Assembly: GCA_964247055.1 (NCBI GenBank)
Contig: OZ176051.1
Coordinates: 7,502,001 to 7,566,000 of the forward strand
From: Paragordius varius
Taxonomy: Eukaryota; Animalia; Nematomorpha
Direction: 5' to 3'
DNA length: 64,000 nucleotides
The notes beneath the pieces were generated by a model. That model searched no databases, had not been told where the DNA came from, and saw only the letters and a program-made list of their open reading frames with translations. This document shows, in pieces, positions 46,633-59,822 of the stretch. Every line of letters begins with the position of its first letter. The stretch's first letter is position 1. The translations under genes and the position numbers were made by a program.

Positions 46633-46987
46633 CACCATTTGAACTTCTATAGTGTCCTTGAACACCTCAAGTTGGTCCTTGAACCTTTTATTTCTAAATT
46701 TTATCAATCAAATCGTGTATCATTCATCAATTTTATTATTTGTAAACTATTTTATTAATTTAATCAAATTTTTAAATTAATTTTGATTATTCAGGAACCG
46801 TTTATCTTTATTAAGTTCTTAAAAAATATATTAAAAGATTTCAACATGTAAATTGAAAAAATAGTTTTCTGGGTTAAATTATAATTTTAAGTTGAAAACA
46901 TTTATAATTGAATAATATTGATAAATTAAGTAAAAATTAGTTTGAAACAAAAAAGGTGGTTGAATAAAAAATTTTATTTTTAAAAAA

Positions 46988-47036
<49 letters not shown>

Positions 47037-47213
47037 GAAAATTAGGTCAAATTAATAAAATAAATAAACACATGGAAAATTTATGGTTATATCCAAACTT
47101 AAAAAATTTTAAGAACCAAATTGAACTGTAGGACTAACAAACGTGTGTTGAAGAATCAACTTGAGGTTTTCAAGGACCAACTTAAAGTGGACACTCTTGA
47201 AGTGCATATGGTA
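46633..47213. mobile_element. MITE with TIR TACCATTTGCACTTCAAG-like and an internal (TA)n tract
   Basis: caccatttgaacttc...caagttggtccttg at the left; caaggaccaactt...gaagtgcatatggta at the right. Solo ends occur at about 21585-21635 and 29505-29560. Confidence 0.7.
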
Positions 47214-47386
47214 ATATGATGGAAGTTAATAAATAACTTTCACTATATTATTTTAATGTTTATTTAATATGAAAACTGCGCAGTTTTGAAAAATGGCACC
47301 TTTATCGAAATTTTAGATTTAATAGCTATTTAAAACTTATGCCCTTAATATATGAATAATATTTATATAATTTATTATTTATATAT

Positions 47387-50300
47387 TTAAACAACAATCC
47401 GATTCATAGTAGGATATTTAGCCGAAACAAAACTCAAAGATTCCTTCGAAATATTTCCAGTGTTTATCAAATGGGATATGTGTGAAGGGAAGGGAGTCCT
47501 TAAAAGCATATTGAAACGCTTTTTTAACAAATAAAGAGTGCGGTTATTTTCAGATCTAAATATAAATAATTTAAAAATATCATATATTACTAAATTAATA
47601 TGAAGTAAAAATAAAACAAAAAAGTATGTTTCTATAGAAATAACCATATTTAATACTAATTTTTTATATAACCCAATACAGTTACAATAGAATATAGAAT
47701 GTGTAACCAATATATATCGATTCTTTATTAATTGGCGACCAAAAACAGAGTAGGCATAGAGATATCATTCAAAATATGGTTTTCACAAAAACAATATTAG
47801 TCTTTTAAGTTTTATGCTTTTTTCGTAAATAAATTCATACTTTATATTATATGATAAAATTTGTTTAAAATTAATTTAGAAAATATACTTTATATGGGGT
47901 GCATTAGTGGGCATGTCATTTTCATTTTCATCATCTTCCATTATTTCAAAAGCTGTTTTAACACGTTGTGTCCAATTATTTTGCCTATTACCTTTAGCCA
48001 TTCGGTATTCTACTGTTTCAATGTCTTTGGCTAAATTCAATCTTTCCTTCAAAATGTCAACCAATTTAACATGTGGTATTTCAATGTTAGCAATATCCGC
48101 TAGAAAATAATTCAACATATAATATAATGATAGATTCTGGATCTTTAAATTGCATAATTTACACAAGGAGTTTTTTTAAAAGGAGAGCTAATGGAAAATA
48201 AAGTTTTATCAACTTATAAACCATGCGTTGGAAAAATCTTGCTAAACTTTAAATTTTAGTTTTCTAGAATCATAGTTTAGACTTATATTATTGTTGGAAT
48301 AATATAATAATCAAAGCATTATTATTTAGGGGTAAAAATGTGTGAAAATACTTCCACTCAATATTTATTGGTATACTATTCTGTCTAATATATAACCTAA
48401 CTAGCTACTGCTAAAATGAATATTAAGACGATTAACATTTATAATTCAATAACAAATTTACCCAATTTTTTGCCTCGCTCCTTACAATATTGAGCATATT
48501 TAAACGTTTCATTGAAAGGGAAAAAATTGTGATTTTTTGTATCCTGTTTTCCATATTTGATTTCTTTGAATTTACTACCAGCTTTTGGTTGTTGAACAGT
48601 ATTAGACTTTGGTTTTGACAAAGCTTTCAATGTTTTTTCATCGGGATCAGTTAACAAAGCTACAGAAAGACCGGCTCGTCCTGCCCTTGCAGTACGACCG
48701 CAACGATGAATGAAACCTAATATTAAAGTTTAAATATAAAAAATTTTGTGAAAAAAAACCTGCAAAAAAATTATAAAAACGATTCGGCTTTTAGCGCCCA
48801 TTTGGACATAATATTAAACCGTAACAAATATTTTGAGGAATGGGCAATATAGCTTGTTGCATTGAACACAAAGGTGCTAAAGACGAACATAAAAAAGCCG
48901 TTTTTATTAACGAAAGAACCACTTTCTCCATTACATTCATTAACTGCTAATAATAATAACGTACCCAAATCCACAACAACAACAAAATTTGCGCAACAAA
49001 AGCCTCATAACAACATTTTCATCCCAACCACCACCCAATATAGATTCCTCAACTGGAATACAAAATATACATTGCGCTATATGATTGTGAAGCACGAACT
49101 ACGGATGATTTAAGTTTTAAGCAAGGAGAATTGTTATAAATCTTGGATAATACTCAAGGTGAATGGTGGTATGCCAGATCGAAATTGACAAACAACAAGG
49201 GTTACATACCTTCCAACTATGTTGCTCGTTACAAGAGTATAGAAGCCGAACCGTAATAAAATTTAACATAATATTAATATTAGACAAACAAAGCTAATTG
49301 ATTAATATTATTTATTTTATACAGCTAGGCTGTAAACTTTTAAATCTATTTGAACCTATTTTTTTCCCCACCTTCTTCTTCTTCTAATACACATTTTCCT
49401 CCCGTTGGGGAGGTTGCGGAAAGGAATGCCATCCTCGCATAAAAAATTTGGTGAAAAATCGAAATTCCGGATAGCGACTTGGAATGTTAATACACTGACA
49501 GCGAGATCAGAAGAAATAGCATCTAGACTTTATGAAAGAAAAGTGGATATATTTCTATTCAGGAAATCAAATGGAAAGGGCAATACCAAAACTGTTGGAA
49601 ATTTTCATTTAATTTGGTGTGATAACCAGACAAAAGAAAAAAGGCGGGAGTCGCCATTTTTATCGCGCAACGTTTAAAATCTAATATTATTTCAACTCAT
49701 TATATTAACGAGCGTATTATGTTCGTAAAAATAAAAATCAATAATTATATCTACAATATATTCTCATTATACGCACCGGTCTCTGGTACAATCTCTGAAG
49801 TATCCGATGCGTTTTGGTCAACTCTATATCAAATTTTAAATGAAATCCCTGAAAATGAAAAATTAATTCTTTCTGGAGACCTTAATGGTCATATCGGCAA
49901 TTTGCCTATCCCAAATGTACACGGAGGATTTAATCTTAATTCCCTTAATGAAAATGGTAAATGTATTCTTGACTTTGCAACAAATAACAATTTAACAATA
50001 ATTAATACCTTCTTTAAAAAGAACACATCTAAATATTCCACTTATGTTTCAGGCAAATCAAGCACTGCCATCGATTTGATTATGTCAAGCTATTCTTTAA
50101 AAAACACTTTTACAAATATTAGAACAATCCCGATCTGCAATTGCAACACAAGTTGGTAATCGCAGATCTTAATATTACCTTATCACATCACCCAGTTAAA
50201 ACAGTATCAAAACTACGTTACAACAAACTAAAACATCCATCTACCGTGGAAGCCTATAAAAAGCTGCTATCAGATAAGGTCTCTAATTCAGACTCTATTA

Positions 50301-53300
50301 ACTGGAGCACCTTCAGACAATTATGTGTTGATTCATTGGAAAAGGTAGCAGGACGCTGTAAAAAGGTAAATATTATCAAGTTCAAATGGTGGTAGAACGT
50401 TGCTATTAAGGATTGTATTAGATTGAAAAAGTTAGCTTTTAAGAAATGGAAAGCAGAAAAAACAGTTGAATCCAAATTAAAATATTCCATTGAAAAGAAA
50501 AAATGTCGGAAAACAATAAGGGAAATGATGAGCAAAAAGGGCCACGAAAAGGGCTTGAAAATAGATGCCCAGGTTAAATCACAATCCATATACAAATCAA
50601 TAAAAGATTCATCTTCTACTCTATCAAAACAAGCAATCAAACTACCCGATAACTCTATAAGCTATGATCCTATCATAATAAAACAAACCTGGAGGAACCA
50701 TTTCTACAAAATATTCAACAGTAATGATAGTAATGGTTTTATACCATGTTCTATCCCTGTATTAAGTTGTGCTGAACAGTTTACGGAAATTGATATTGAA
50801 AAAGGAATCCGTTACATGAAAAGGAATAAAGCTTCCGGTCCCTCTAAATTTACTGTAGAAATGATCAGCGCCTTGGATTCAAAACTAAGCACACCGATAC
50901 TGTGTAATATATTTAATAGTATAATTAACGATATAATAACTCCAAACGAATGGAACAATAGCTTAATAATACCCCTATATAAGGGCAAAGGGGACAGACT
51001 TAACCCTAACTCCTATCGCCCAATAAAATTACTCGAACATGGTATGAAACTTTTTGAACTTATTCTATTAAATAAGCTAAAAGATAGGATAGATATAAAT
51101 GAAATGCAGTGTGGTTTCTTACCCAACAAAGGAACCATTGACGCCATTTCCATCTTAAGACAACTTCAACAAGCACACCTTCGAAATAGCCCCTTAGTTT
51201 ATGCCTTTATCGAACTTGAAAAGGCATTTGATTCGGTACCCCGAACTCTAATCCCATGGGCCCTACGAAACAAAGGCATTGACAAATGGATGGTTAAATC
51301 AATAATAACATTATATACCGAGTGCAAAGCTCAGGTGGCGACAAGCGTAGGGCACTCCGACTCACTCTCAATTAACTCCGGGCTGCATCAAGGCTCGCTC
51401 TTAAGCCCGTTCTTGTTTATAACTATTATGGATGAAATCTCTAAACCTTTAGAGCAAGGCTTACCATACAACATCCTTTACGCCGACGACTTGGTATTAA
51501 GCAAACAATGAAGTGCAATTAAAGACAAATCTTGCGAGGTGGAAAGAACGGCTAGAGATGTTTGGACTTAAGGTAAATGTATCAAAAACAAAATTAATGA
51601 ACGATAATAATAAATACAATCCCATTAAATGGCCCTGCTCAATATGTAATAAAGAAGTCAAAACCAACGCAATCCAATGCCTCAAATGTAAAAAATGGGT
51701 CCACAAAAAATGCTCTCAGTTGAAATCGCTAAAATTACATCACGATTTTATATGCAGCAATTGCACCAAGCCCAACCCAACTAAGCCTCCACAAAGTGTA
51801 CGTAATGAAGAACCTTTTGAAACAGTACAAAGTTTCACATATTTGCGTGACATTATAAGCGCTGGTGGGGGCCTTGAACCAACCATCAATAACCGTATAA
51901 AAAACACCTGGTCAAAATACCACCAACTCAAAAGTATTATAAACAATAAATACATCTCATTCAAATCCAAATCGACTATGTACACCACCACCATACGACC
52001 CGTTCTAATTTACGCAACCGAAGCTATGGCTTTAACCAAAACAAATTCACTCAAGTTACAACAAGCGGAAAGGAGAATTCTAAAAACTATACTTTATGCT
52101 ACAAACCCAAACCTCTATAATTACAATAATAAATTTGATCCATATACTGTCCTACAAATGACTCCGCTTATCGATTGTTTGCACACAAATCGTCTGAGAT
52201 TTGCGGGACGTGTTCACCGACGCCCACATGAAAGTTGGCTATACCGCATGGTCAATTTTTCTACAAGTTTGCGAAATCGTAAAGGACGTCCATTACAAAG
52301 TTGGCTTTCTATTGTGGAAAACGATATGGCTATTTTAAACCTGAAAATTGAAGATGCACAGGACCGATGCTCATGGCGTAAATCTATCCGAAGGGTTACC
52401 TCCTTGTTGGGAGAAAAAAACCCTTAAAGGTTGATAATTAATAATTAATTTAGGTAGATAATGATGGATTTTTCTAATATTTAAATGGTGTTCTACAAAT
52501 ATACAACCACTGAAAGATGCATATTTCGTCACAAAAAAATTCATTTTTAAATTGGAAAAAAGGGACTTTAAGAAAAAAGACCATTTGGAATATGGAAAAA
52601 TACTTTATTGAATAATATTACAATTATATCGCAAGAAAAAAAATCAAAAATACCTTCAAAAGTCGAGGAAAGTTCATAATGTACAACGCAATCTAACCCA
52701 ACTAAATCGATACCTCTGGCAGCTAAATCTGTGCAAAACATTACAGATATTTGCAATCTGTCACTATTTGCAGTTGGTACTTCTGCAAGTTATAAAAAAA
52801 ACTATTATTTGTAACATATTAATTGATAAAAGGTAAAAAAAATAAATAAGTATTTATATTTCTGTAACATATCATAGCAAAATTATTTAATTTTAATTGC
52901 AAATTAAGTGATAAGAACCTAATTGATCAAAACAACCATATTATATTGATTTTTTAAAAAATCACTAATTTCTATGTAATAAAAACCAACAATAATTCAA
53001 ATATATTATTATAACAAATTTTATACCTTGCAATCTTAAAAAATCATACAAAAACAGATTAAAAATTCTTATTAAAACATAATCACCTCTAAATTTATCC
53101 ATACATTTCAAACGATCCCGTTGAGACATAGAAGCATGAATACGTGAAATGGAATATATACTATTTTTATAAAATTGCACTTGATTTAATGTTGCCTGAG
53201 AATTTTGTGTTTTATTATTTTTATTACTGTTCCCACCAAACAAAAGTAGTTTAAAGAGCGATGAAAGTCGACGTACACAATCTATACTGTTGCAAAAAAC

Positions 53301-56300
53301 CAAAATTTTTACACTTTGCTGACATGATTTGGGAATATTATGTTGAAAGTGTATAGGCATGTAAATGACAAGAAAGTAGTATAACATCAATTCCTTATCC
53401 CCATCATGTCGACAATCTATACGTAACTCTGTGAGAGTTGGGACAGTTTGTTCCTTAGATGCAAGATCCACAATGAGAAATTCGACATTTTGTACACTGC
53501 GTTTTGGGCGTTGTCCTTTGGTAGACGTTTCTATTAGAAAAACAAAGACAGTAAAGGTTAAAAGTTTATATAATGAATAAATATGATATTTTTTTTAACT
53601 TTGATTTTTTTTGAAATACAATGATAAAAAATATTATATATTAGTTTGACTTTTTCGAATGATATAAATATACAGTGTCAATAAAAGATTAGAAACTATC
53701 GTAAAACATTTTAAATTTTTTTTTTATTAATCTAAGTTTTCAAATATGATTTTTTTAAATATAATAATGTTAAACTTTTTCGGTTTGTATTTATATCATT
53801 TTACTGTCTATTCATTAAAGGACATTATTAATATTTTACACACAAACCATTAACTTAGTTTTATTCATAAAAAATAAAAAAAAGTTTACAGAAATTAATA
53901 TTTTAGACTGATTAAATATAGTTAAATCCAGTGAAATACATAATGATAAATTTATAGTTTAAAAATAACAATTCGTTTAATTAACATTCACATGTAAATA
54001 TTTGTTAGAGCCATATATATTCCATCGTAAAAACTTAAATACTTGAAAAAACGGGTTATTGGTATATAAAATAATCAAATATAATTACCTTTCTTAACTC
54101 CAGATTTGGTAAGTGTGAATGGAAGGGACGAAAATAACCGTTTAAATTTAGTTATTAAGGGTATATGGCTAGAATCTTCGAAAGGGTTCTTTTTCCTCTT
54201 TTGCGGATGGGTTTCTAAAAAAATATTTTAATATAAAATAAAAATTGGTTTAAATGTAATTAAAACACATATACGATAAATATAAACCGTAAAATTTCAC
54301 ATCAATTATATTAATATTTTGCCCGGCTTAAAATTCGAATATAAAAAGTATTTTATTTATTTGGCTATTTAGTTAGAAATTTCATCATTCATTTGTATGG
54401 GGATTCGACATTAAATGACGGTACACCCGTTTTTTCCACTCTTTTATTGATTTGGTTAATTCTAGATTTAAACTAAGCGATTAGAGGTCCTTAGTTATTG
54501 TGTTGAGCCATGTGGTATGGGGTCGGCCGGATTTTGCTGCAACCGAGTAATTTTTCATAGTTTGAAGAATGTGAGTATCTTGCCGTCTTTCAACATGTCC
54601 AGCCCATTGTAACCGGAGATTTCTGATGACGTTGTTGAGGGGTTGAGATTGAGTATATGGTACGGGTTTATGGATTCGGTATAATTAAATTTAGAAGGAT
54701 TGTGTGCGAATAATATTGTTTTCAATAATTTGGATTCAGCGTTTATGAGTTTGGATTCATTTGTTTTTGACATCGGCCAGGATTCGGATGCATATGTGAG
54801 AACGGGACGGATGGCTGTAGTGTAAATGGCACATTTAGTTTGTAGTTTGACGAATTTATTATTTATTATTAATTTTAACGAATGGTATTTTTTCCACATT
54901 TGTGATATGCGATGCTTAATTGCATGTTCTATTCCTCCACCGGCTGATATCATATCGCCCAAGTAGCAAAAACTGCTCACTGTTTCCATATTGAAAGGGT
55001 TGGGAATCGAGTTGATTGTTAAACTAATATTATTATTTAAACATCCCGAGCATTTGTAGTGTTTATCGTAATCATTTATAGATTTTGTGTACCCATAGAA
55101 GACAAGAATTGCAGCGTACAGAATTTGATTTAACTTCTTTTCTACATACGCTGCATGGGTTTTTAGCGGTGGGATTATCGCACATTGGTTTTTGAGAAAT
55201 TGACTTTGATACCATAACCTTTTAAGGTGTCATTCCACAGACGAATTTTCCCTATGAGATCGCTTTCCGATGTCGATGATAAAACGAGATCATCGGCATA
55301 AAGAATTTGGTGTGGCATGCCGGTTGCGATGTCTTTAGTTATTTCTTCCATAATGACATTGAAGAGGGTTGGGCTTAATATGGATCCTTGGTGGAGTCCA
55401 TTTTTTATTGAAAAACTTTTACTTAGTCCAAACGGGGTTTTGATTTGGGCTCTGGTATTACGGTATAAGAGCATTATTGAGGTTATCAGCCATTCGTCAA
55501 TGCCTTGACGCCTAAGAGCCCATGGTATAAGATCTCTTGGAATGGCATCAAATCGTTCCATGTCAAGAAAAGCGTAGTATAAAGGAGATTTTTTGATGTA
55601 TGCGCTTTGAAGTTGTCTTAGCGTGAATATAGCATCTATTGTACTTTTATATGGCCGGAACCCGCATTGCATTTCGTTTAAATGCAATTTGGGCAGGATT
55701 TTGGAGAGAATTACTTTTTCATATATTTTCATAGTGTGATCTAATAACTTTATTGGACGGTAAGATTTCGGCAGCAGAGGGTCTCCTTTTTTGTATATGG
55801 GAATGATATGGCTGTTTTCCCAGTCAGGAGGGATTTTTTCGTCTTTTATTATATTGTTAAATAAAGTTGTCAGATATGAGTCGATAATCTGAGGATCAGT
55901 TAGTTTAAGCATGTCGGCCGTGAGTTCTGAAGGGCCAGGAAGTTTTTTATTTTTCATTTTGCATAAAGCGGTATGGATATCTGATTCAGTTAGGTTTTCG
56001 GCACAGCTTTGAGTAGGTGTTGATGTAATAGGAGTCGTGATGGGGTTGTTTAGGTTTAAAATTTCCGATAAGTAGGTAAGATAGGTGTTTTTAACAATAG
56101 CTGGATCATTTATTATTGTATTGTTTACTCTCACTGATTTTGGTGCGGATGTTTTATTATTATTATTGCTTTTAGCCCATTTATATACAGTTTTGTTTTT
56201 AGTTTTTATATCGATTTCTTTCGCATACTTTAGCGCTTTTTCATTTTTAGCATCCCTGATAATTTTTCGACATAAACTTTTGGATTCTAGATATAATTTT

Positions 56301-59300
56301 CTATTTAATGGTGTCTTTTCCTTGAACCAAATTTTATGTGCCAAATTTTTCTGTTTTATATGCTCTTTCACTTTATTATTCCACCAAAATTGATACTTTT
56401 TTTGATAACCTTTATTTGATTTTTTCCTCCCCACCAAGGATTCAACTGTATGGATATAAGTGTTTTTTAAATGAGAGTAAAGTTTTTTTAATTTTTCAGC
56501 TATGGATGATTTAAATTTAGCTGTTTTCTACGGGTCATCTGTGAGTTTTTTAAAGTTTAAACATCTTATGTCAGATTTTTTGATGATTCTGTTATCTGGC
56601 GAATTTAGTTTTAGAATTGCTATGGTTGTTTCTAAGACTATCAATTTGTGATTTAATTGTAGTTCGTATATAGTTTTGACATTGGTGAAAAGTTTTCTGT
56701 GATATTTCTTTGTCAAGAACAAATCAATCATAGACTTGTGGTTTAAAGTCTCATATGTATAATAATGATTATTCCGATTTTTTTTTAAAAAAGGTGTTTA
56801 TTATAGTTAAATCACTATTTTGTAAAAAGTCGATCAAACGTGATCCATTGTCATTTATATCGTCAGTTCCATAACCTCCGTGAATATCTGCAATGTATTG
56901 CTTCCCAAAATGGCCATTAAGGTCACCATTAAAATTAAAATTTCATTATCAGGGATTAAAAGGAGATTTTCATACAAAATATCGTAAAAGCTGGTTTTAT
57001 GTTGGTTAGATAGTCCATTTTGTGGAGCATAAATGGAGAAAAGATTAAATATTTTATCATGAAGTAAAATTTTAATGTGGAGAATTCGGTCATTTATATA
57101 GTTTATAGAAGTAATATTATCATTGTAATCATTATGTATAAGGAATCCACAGATGTCTTATTAATATTGTTGCCGGACCAATAGAGATGATAATTGAGAA
57201 TCGATGTAGACTCGTTGTTTTTCCAGTGGCATTCCTGAAGAGCGCATATTGGTATATTGCGCTTTTGTAAAGCTAAGATGATTTCATAGGTTTTTCCATT
57301 TAAAGAATTAATATTAAAGCTCCCGAATTTTAGTTTGGTTGCGATTGCGTTGAATTTGTCATCATTAGTGTTAGAATGTTGTGACATTTGCTCCTTTACA
57401 TTCCAGAATGTCCTTTCTTGCGGAATAACCCTTCTGATTGAGGGAAAGAGGCTTAGAATGGGATATTTTAAAAAAGAAAAATTGAGGTAAGTGGTCTAGT
57501 TAGAAATTTCAAATTTTTCTTATTTATTATAATATTTTCGCATATAAATAATTTCCATTTTAAATTTATCAATAAAAAATATACTGCTATGAGGTGATGT
57601 GTCTTGAATCTTCAAACTATTTTTGTATCGTTGGATTGGTGAACTAAGAGTAGCTGATATAATGAAACATTGTACGACAGGGGGCAATGAATGAAATACC
57701 CATAGCCGTTTAATGTGAATCAATACAGCCTTTAAATCTCGCCAGTGTCCTGCATTAATCTATGAATTAGTATATTACGAGCTATACTGAAATAAAAATA
57801 AAAGTAATCAATGGTTATATGTCAAAATGTTTTGATATTGATCTACAAAATAAAATCCAATTAACTCCATAAATATATATATTTTTTTATTCAAAACAAT
57901 ATTTTTAAATTAAAAACAAATTTCATTTAGGTCACACTTATTTATAGCTCTTATTAATATGTTGATACCCCAAAAATCGGTTCAGATATAGGTCTATAAG
58001 AACATTTCAGGCAAACGCAACATTTTCTATCCAAACGGAACCGAAATTGTTGTTTTTGGACAAAAAATGTTGCTTTTGACTGAAAAAACGAATTTATTTT
58101 ATTTATATTCTGTTATTTATTTCAATATATTAAATAAAAAATCACCTATTTTGAAAAAAATGTAATTTATTTAATAAAACTCGCCTTAAACATAATAAAA
58201 ATGTTTTTAAACGAAAAAAAAGTCGCCAAAAAGGAACTGTTATACCATACCAATTTATCAGCCTCATCCATAACAAAATATCGCAGGGATCGAAAATCAA
58301 TCAAATATTTTTTAGTTGTACATTTTTCTAAACTATTTTCCACACTGCTATTTGTAAGTTTATTTGCATATTCAATTTCTTTGGAAAAAGTTTTATCTTT
58401 CTTAGAAAGTTCTACAATAATTGGTTGAGCTATTAGGTCACGTAGACGTCCAGGTGTGGCAATTATAATGTCAGGATTTCGTTTCAGTAATCTTTCCTGT
58501 TTATGGACACTCATACCACCAACCAATGTGACAACCTTTGGAGTAAACATAAAAAATTAAAAATATTTTTAGCTTTTTTAAACAGAAAATAAAAAATAAT
58601 TGAAATGATAATCGAATTCATTAAATTCATAATTTATCAATTAAACAAACAACGAAAAAAGCAATTATATATAGATGTAATCAATATGTAACATTCTCTT
58701 AAGATACCGAAAAAATTTAATTAAACGATAGTTTACCACATTATTGAAATAACAATAACATATTCACCCATATTATTGTGAAAAATAAATTAGATAATAA
58801 TAGTAAAATTTTGTATTATTATTTTAAATCAAATTAATTAATCAAATTTTCATTTATAAACAAATTAAGCAAACTCATATAGCTATAGTAATCATCCATA
58901 CCTTCAAGGTAGTAAACTTTGTTAAAGCAAGTGTATGAGCTTTGATTTGCAAGGCCAATTCTCGTGTTGGAGTTACGATTAGACACTTTAAACCATTTTT
59001 TCTGGAAAAAATAGTAGAAATTAAAATTATGCAAACGCATTACTAACAAACCAATATTTTTTTAGAGATTCATATTTAGTTAAATCTTAACCCTTTATAA
59101 ATAACCTATAATTTTAAAACCATATAAATTAGTGTGGTAGTAATGTACATTTACATTCTATTTTTTCTTTTGCAATCCAAAACGATAATTTATATTTTGA
59201 AAAATCAATTTAGGATTTAAATATAATCATTATTTAGTTTTTTTGTTATGTCAGTAATTTTTACTGCATCCAGAAACAAATAAAAAATCGTTTAAAAATT

Positions 59301-59795
59301 TTTTGGATTACCTTTTGGTATCATTCAGAATATCCGTAACAATAGGGACTAAAAAAGCCAATGTTTTTCCACTTCCCTGTATATTATATAAAATAAACTG
59401 TTTCAGCAGCTGCAATTACATTTTTCTTGTGATTAATGATATTAGGAATGATGGCTTTTTGGATGTTAGATGGTTGTAGAAAACCCATTTGTGATATCGC
59501 GCTAAGGATTGAGTCCGGAATAGATCCAAACTTTTTCCATTCTTCCGCACTTACATTAGGTATTGATATTTCCTCACAAACCCTTTTGCTTTTTGCCACT
59601 TTTACCATTTTTTTACGTTTTTTTTGAGGCTCAGACTAAAAAATATATTAATAACAAAATTACTATAGGAGCATCATCAATTATATCGTATTCATCAACC
59701 TCCTCAATCTCAATTAGGTCCTTAAATGTTTCATCATCAATTTGATTGTAGTAATCTACTTTTTTCCACTCTGAATTTATTTTCAGTTGTTTCAT
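47387..59795 (-). CDS. DDX24: ATP-dependent RNA helicase DDX24/MAK5, about 12-13 exons
   Basis: Exons give KINSEWKKV (N-terminus), GF.QPSNIQ, AAET|[106 protein letters not shown] and KYPT. The last motifs are DDX24-specific. The junction between 57584 and 54214 needs a small phase-correcting exon that I could not fix with certainty (candidate starts at 54326). Confidence 0.92.
48840..49252 (+). pseudogene. Src-family (Src42A/FRK-like) N-terminus plus SH3 fragment, disabled, nested antisense in a DDX24 intron
   Basis: MGNIACC (myristoylation/palmitoylation-type start) and [62 protein letters not shown] followed by the donor gtaata. There is a TAA at 49137-49139 and further in-frame stops in the linker; no SH2 or kinase exons follow. 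Confidence 0.85.
49340..52460 (+). mobile_element. RTE-clade non-LTR retrotransposon (APE endonuclease, RT, PHD-like finger), disrupted; ends approximate
   Basis: ORF fragments 49405-52427: [25 protein letters not shown] (APE); PLYKGKG, YRPIKLL, QCGF, GLHQGS, LYADDLV (RT); CSIC..CLKC..WVHKKC..CSNC; GRP..SWL. Several frameshifts and stops; no TSD found. Confidence 0.9.
54385..57496 (-). mobile_element. Full-length RTE-clade non-LTR retrotransposon with TSD, disrupted
   Basis: 15-bp TSD tagttagaaatttca at 54370-54384 and 57497-57511; 3' tail aatgaatga. ORF remnants [11 protein letters not shown] (APE), PIYKKGD, YRPIKLL, GLHQGS, LYADDLV (RT), a degenerate zinc finger, and [11 protein letters not shown]. 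Confidence 0.93.
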
Positions 59796-59822
59796 GCCGT
59801 GTTGATTTGAACCTAACCATAA

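Noticed and set aside
48840-49252. Alternative genetic code (TAA/TAG = Gln). Under that code the Src fragment reads in one frame from ATG to the end of SH3.
   Set aside because: LITAF, CDK2AP1, PI4KB and POLR1D end in TAA or TAG, and long conserved ORFs (PKA-like, CaM-like) contain no in-frame TAA/TAG. Frame restoration by chance is about 1 in 3, so pseudogenisation is simpler.
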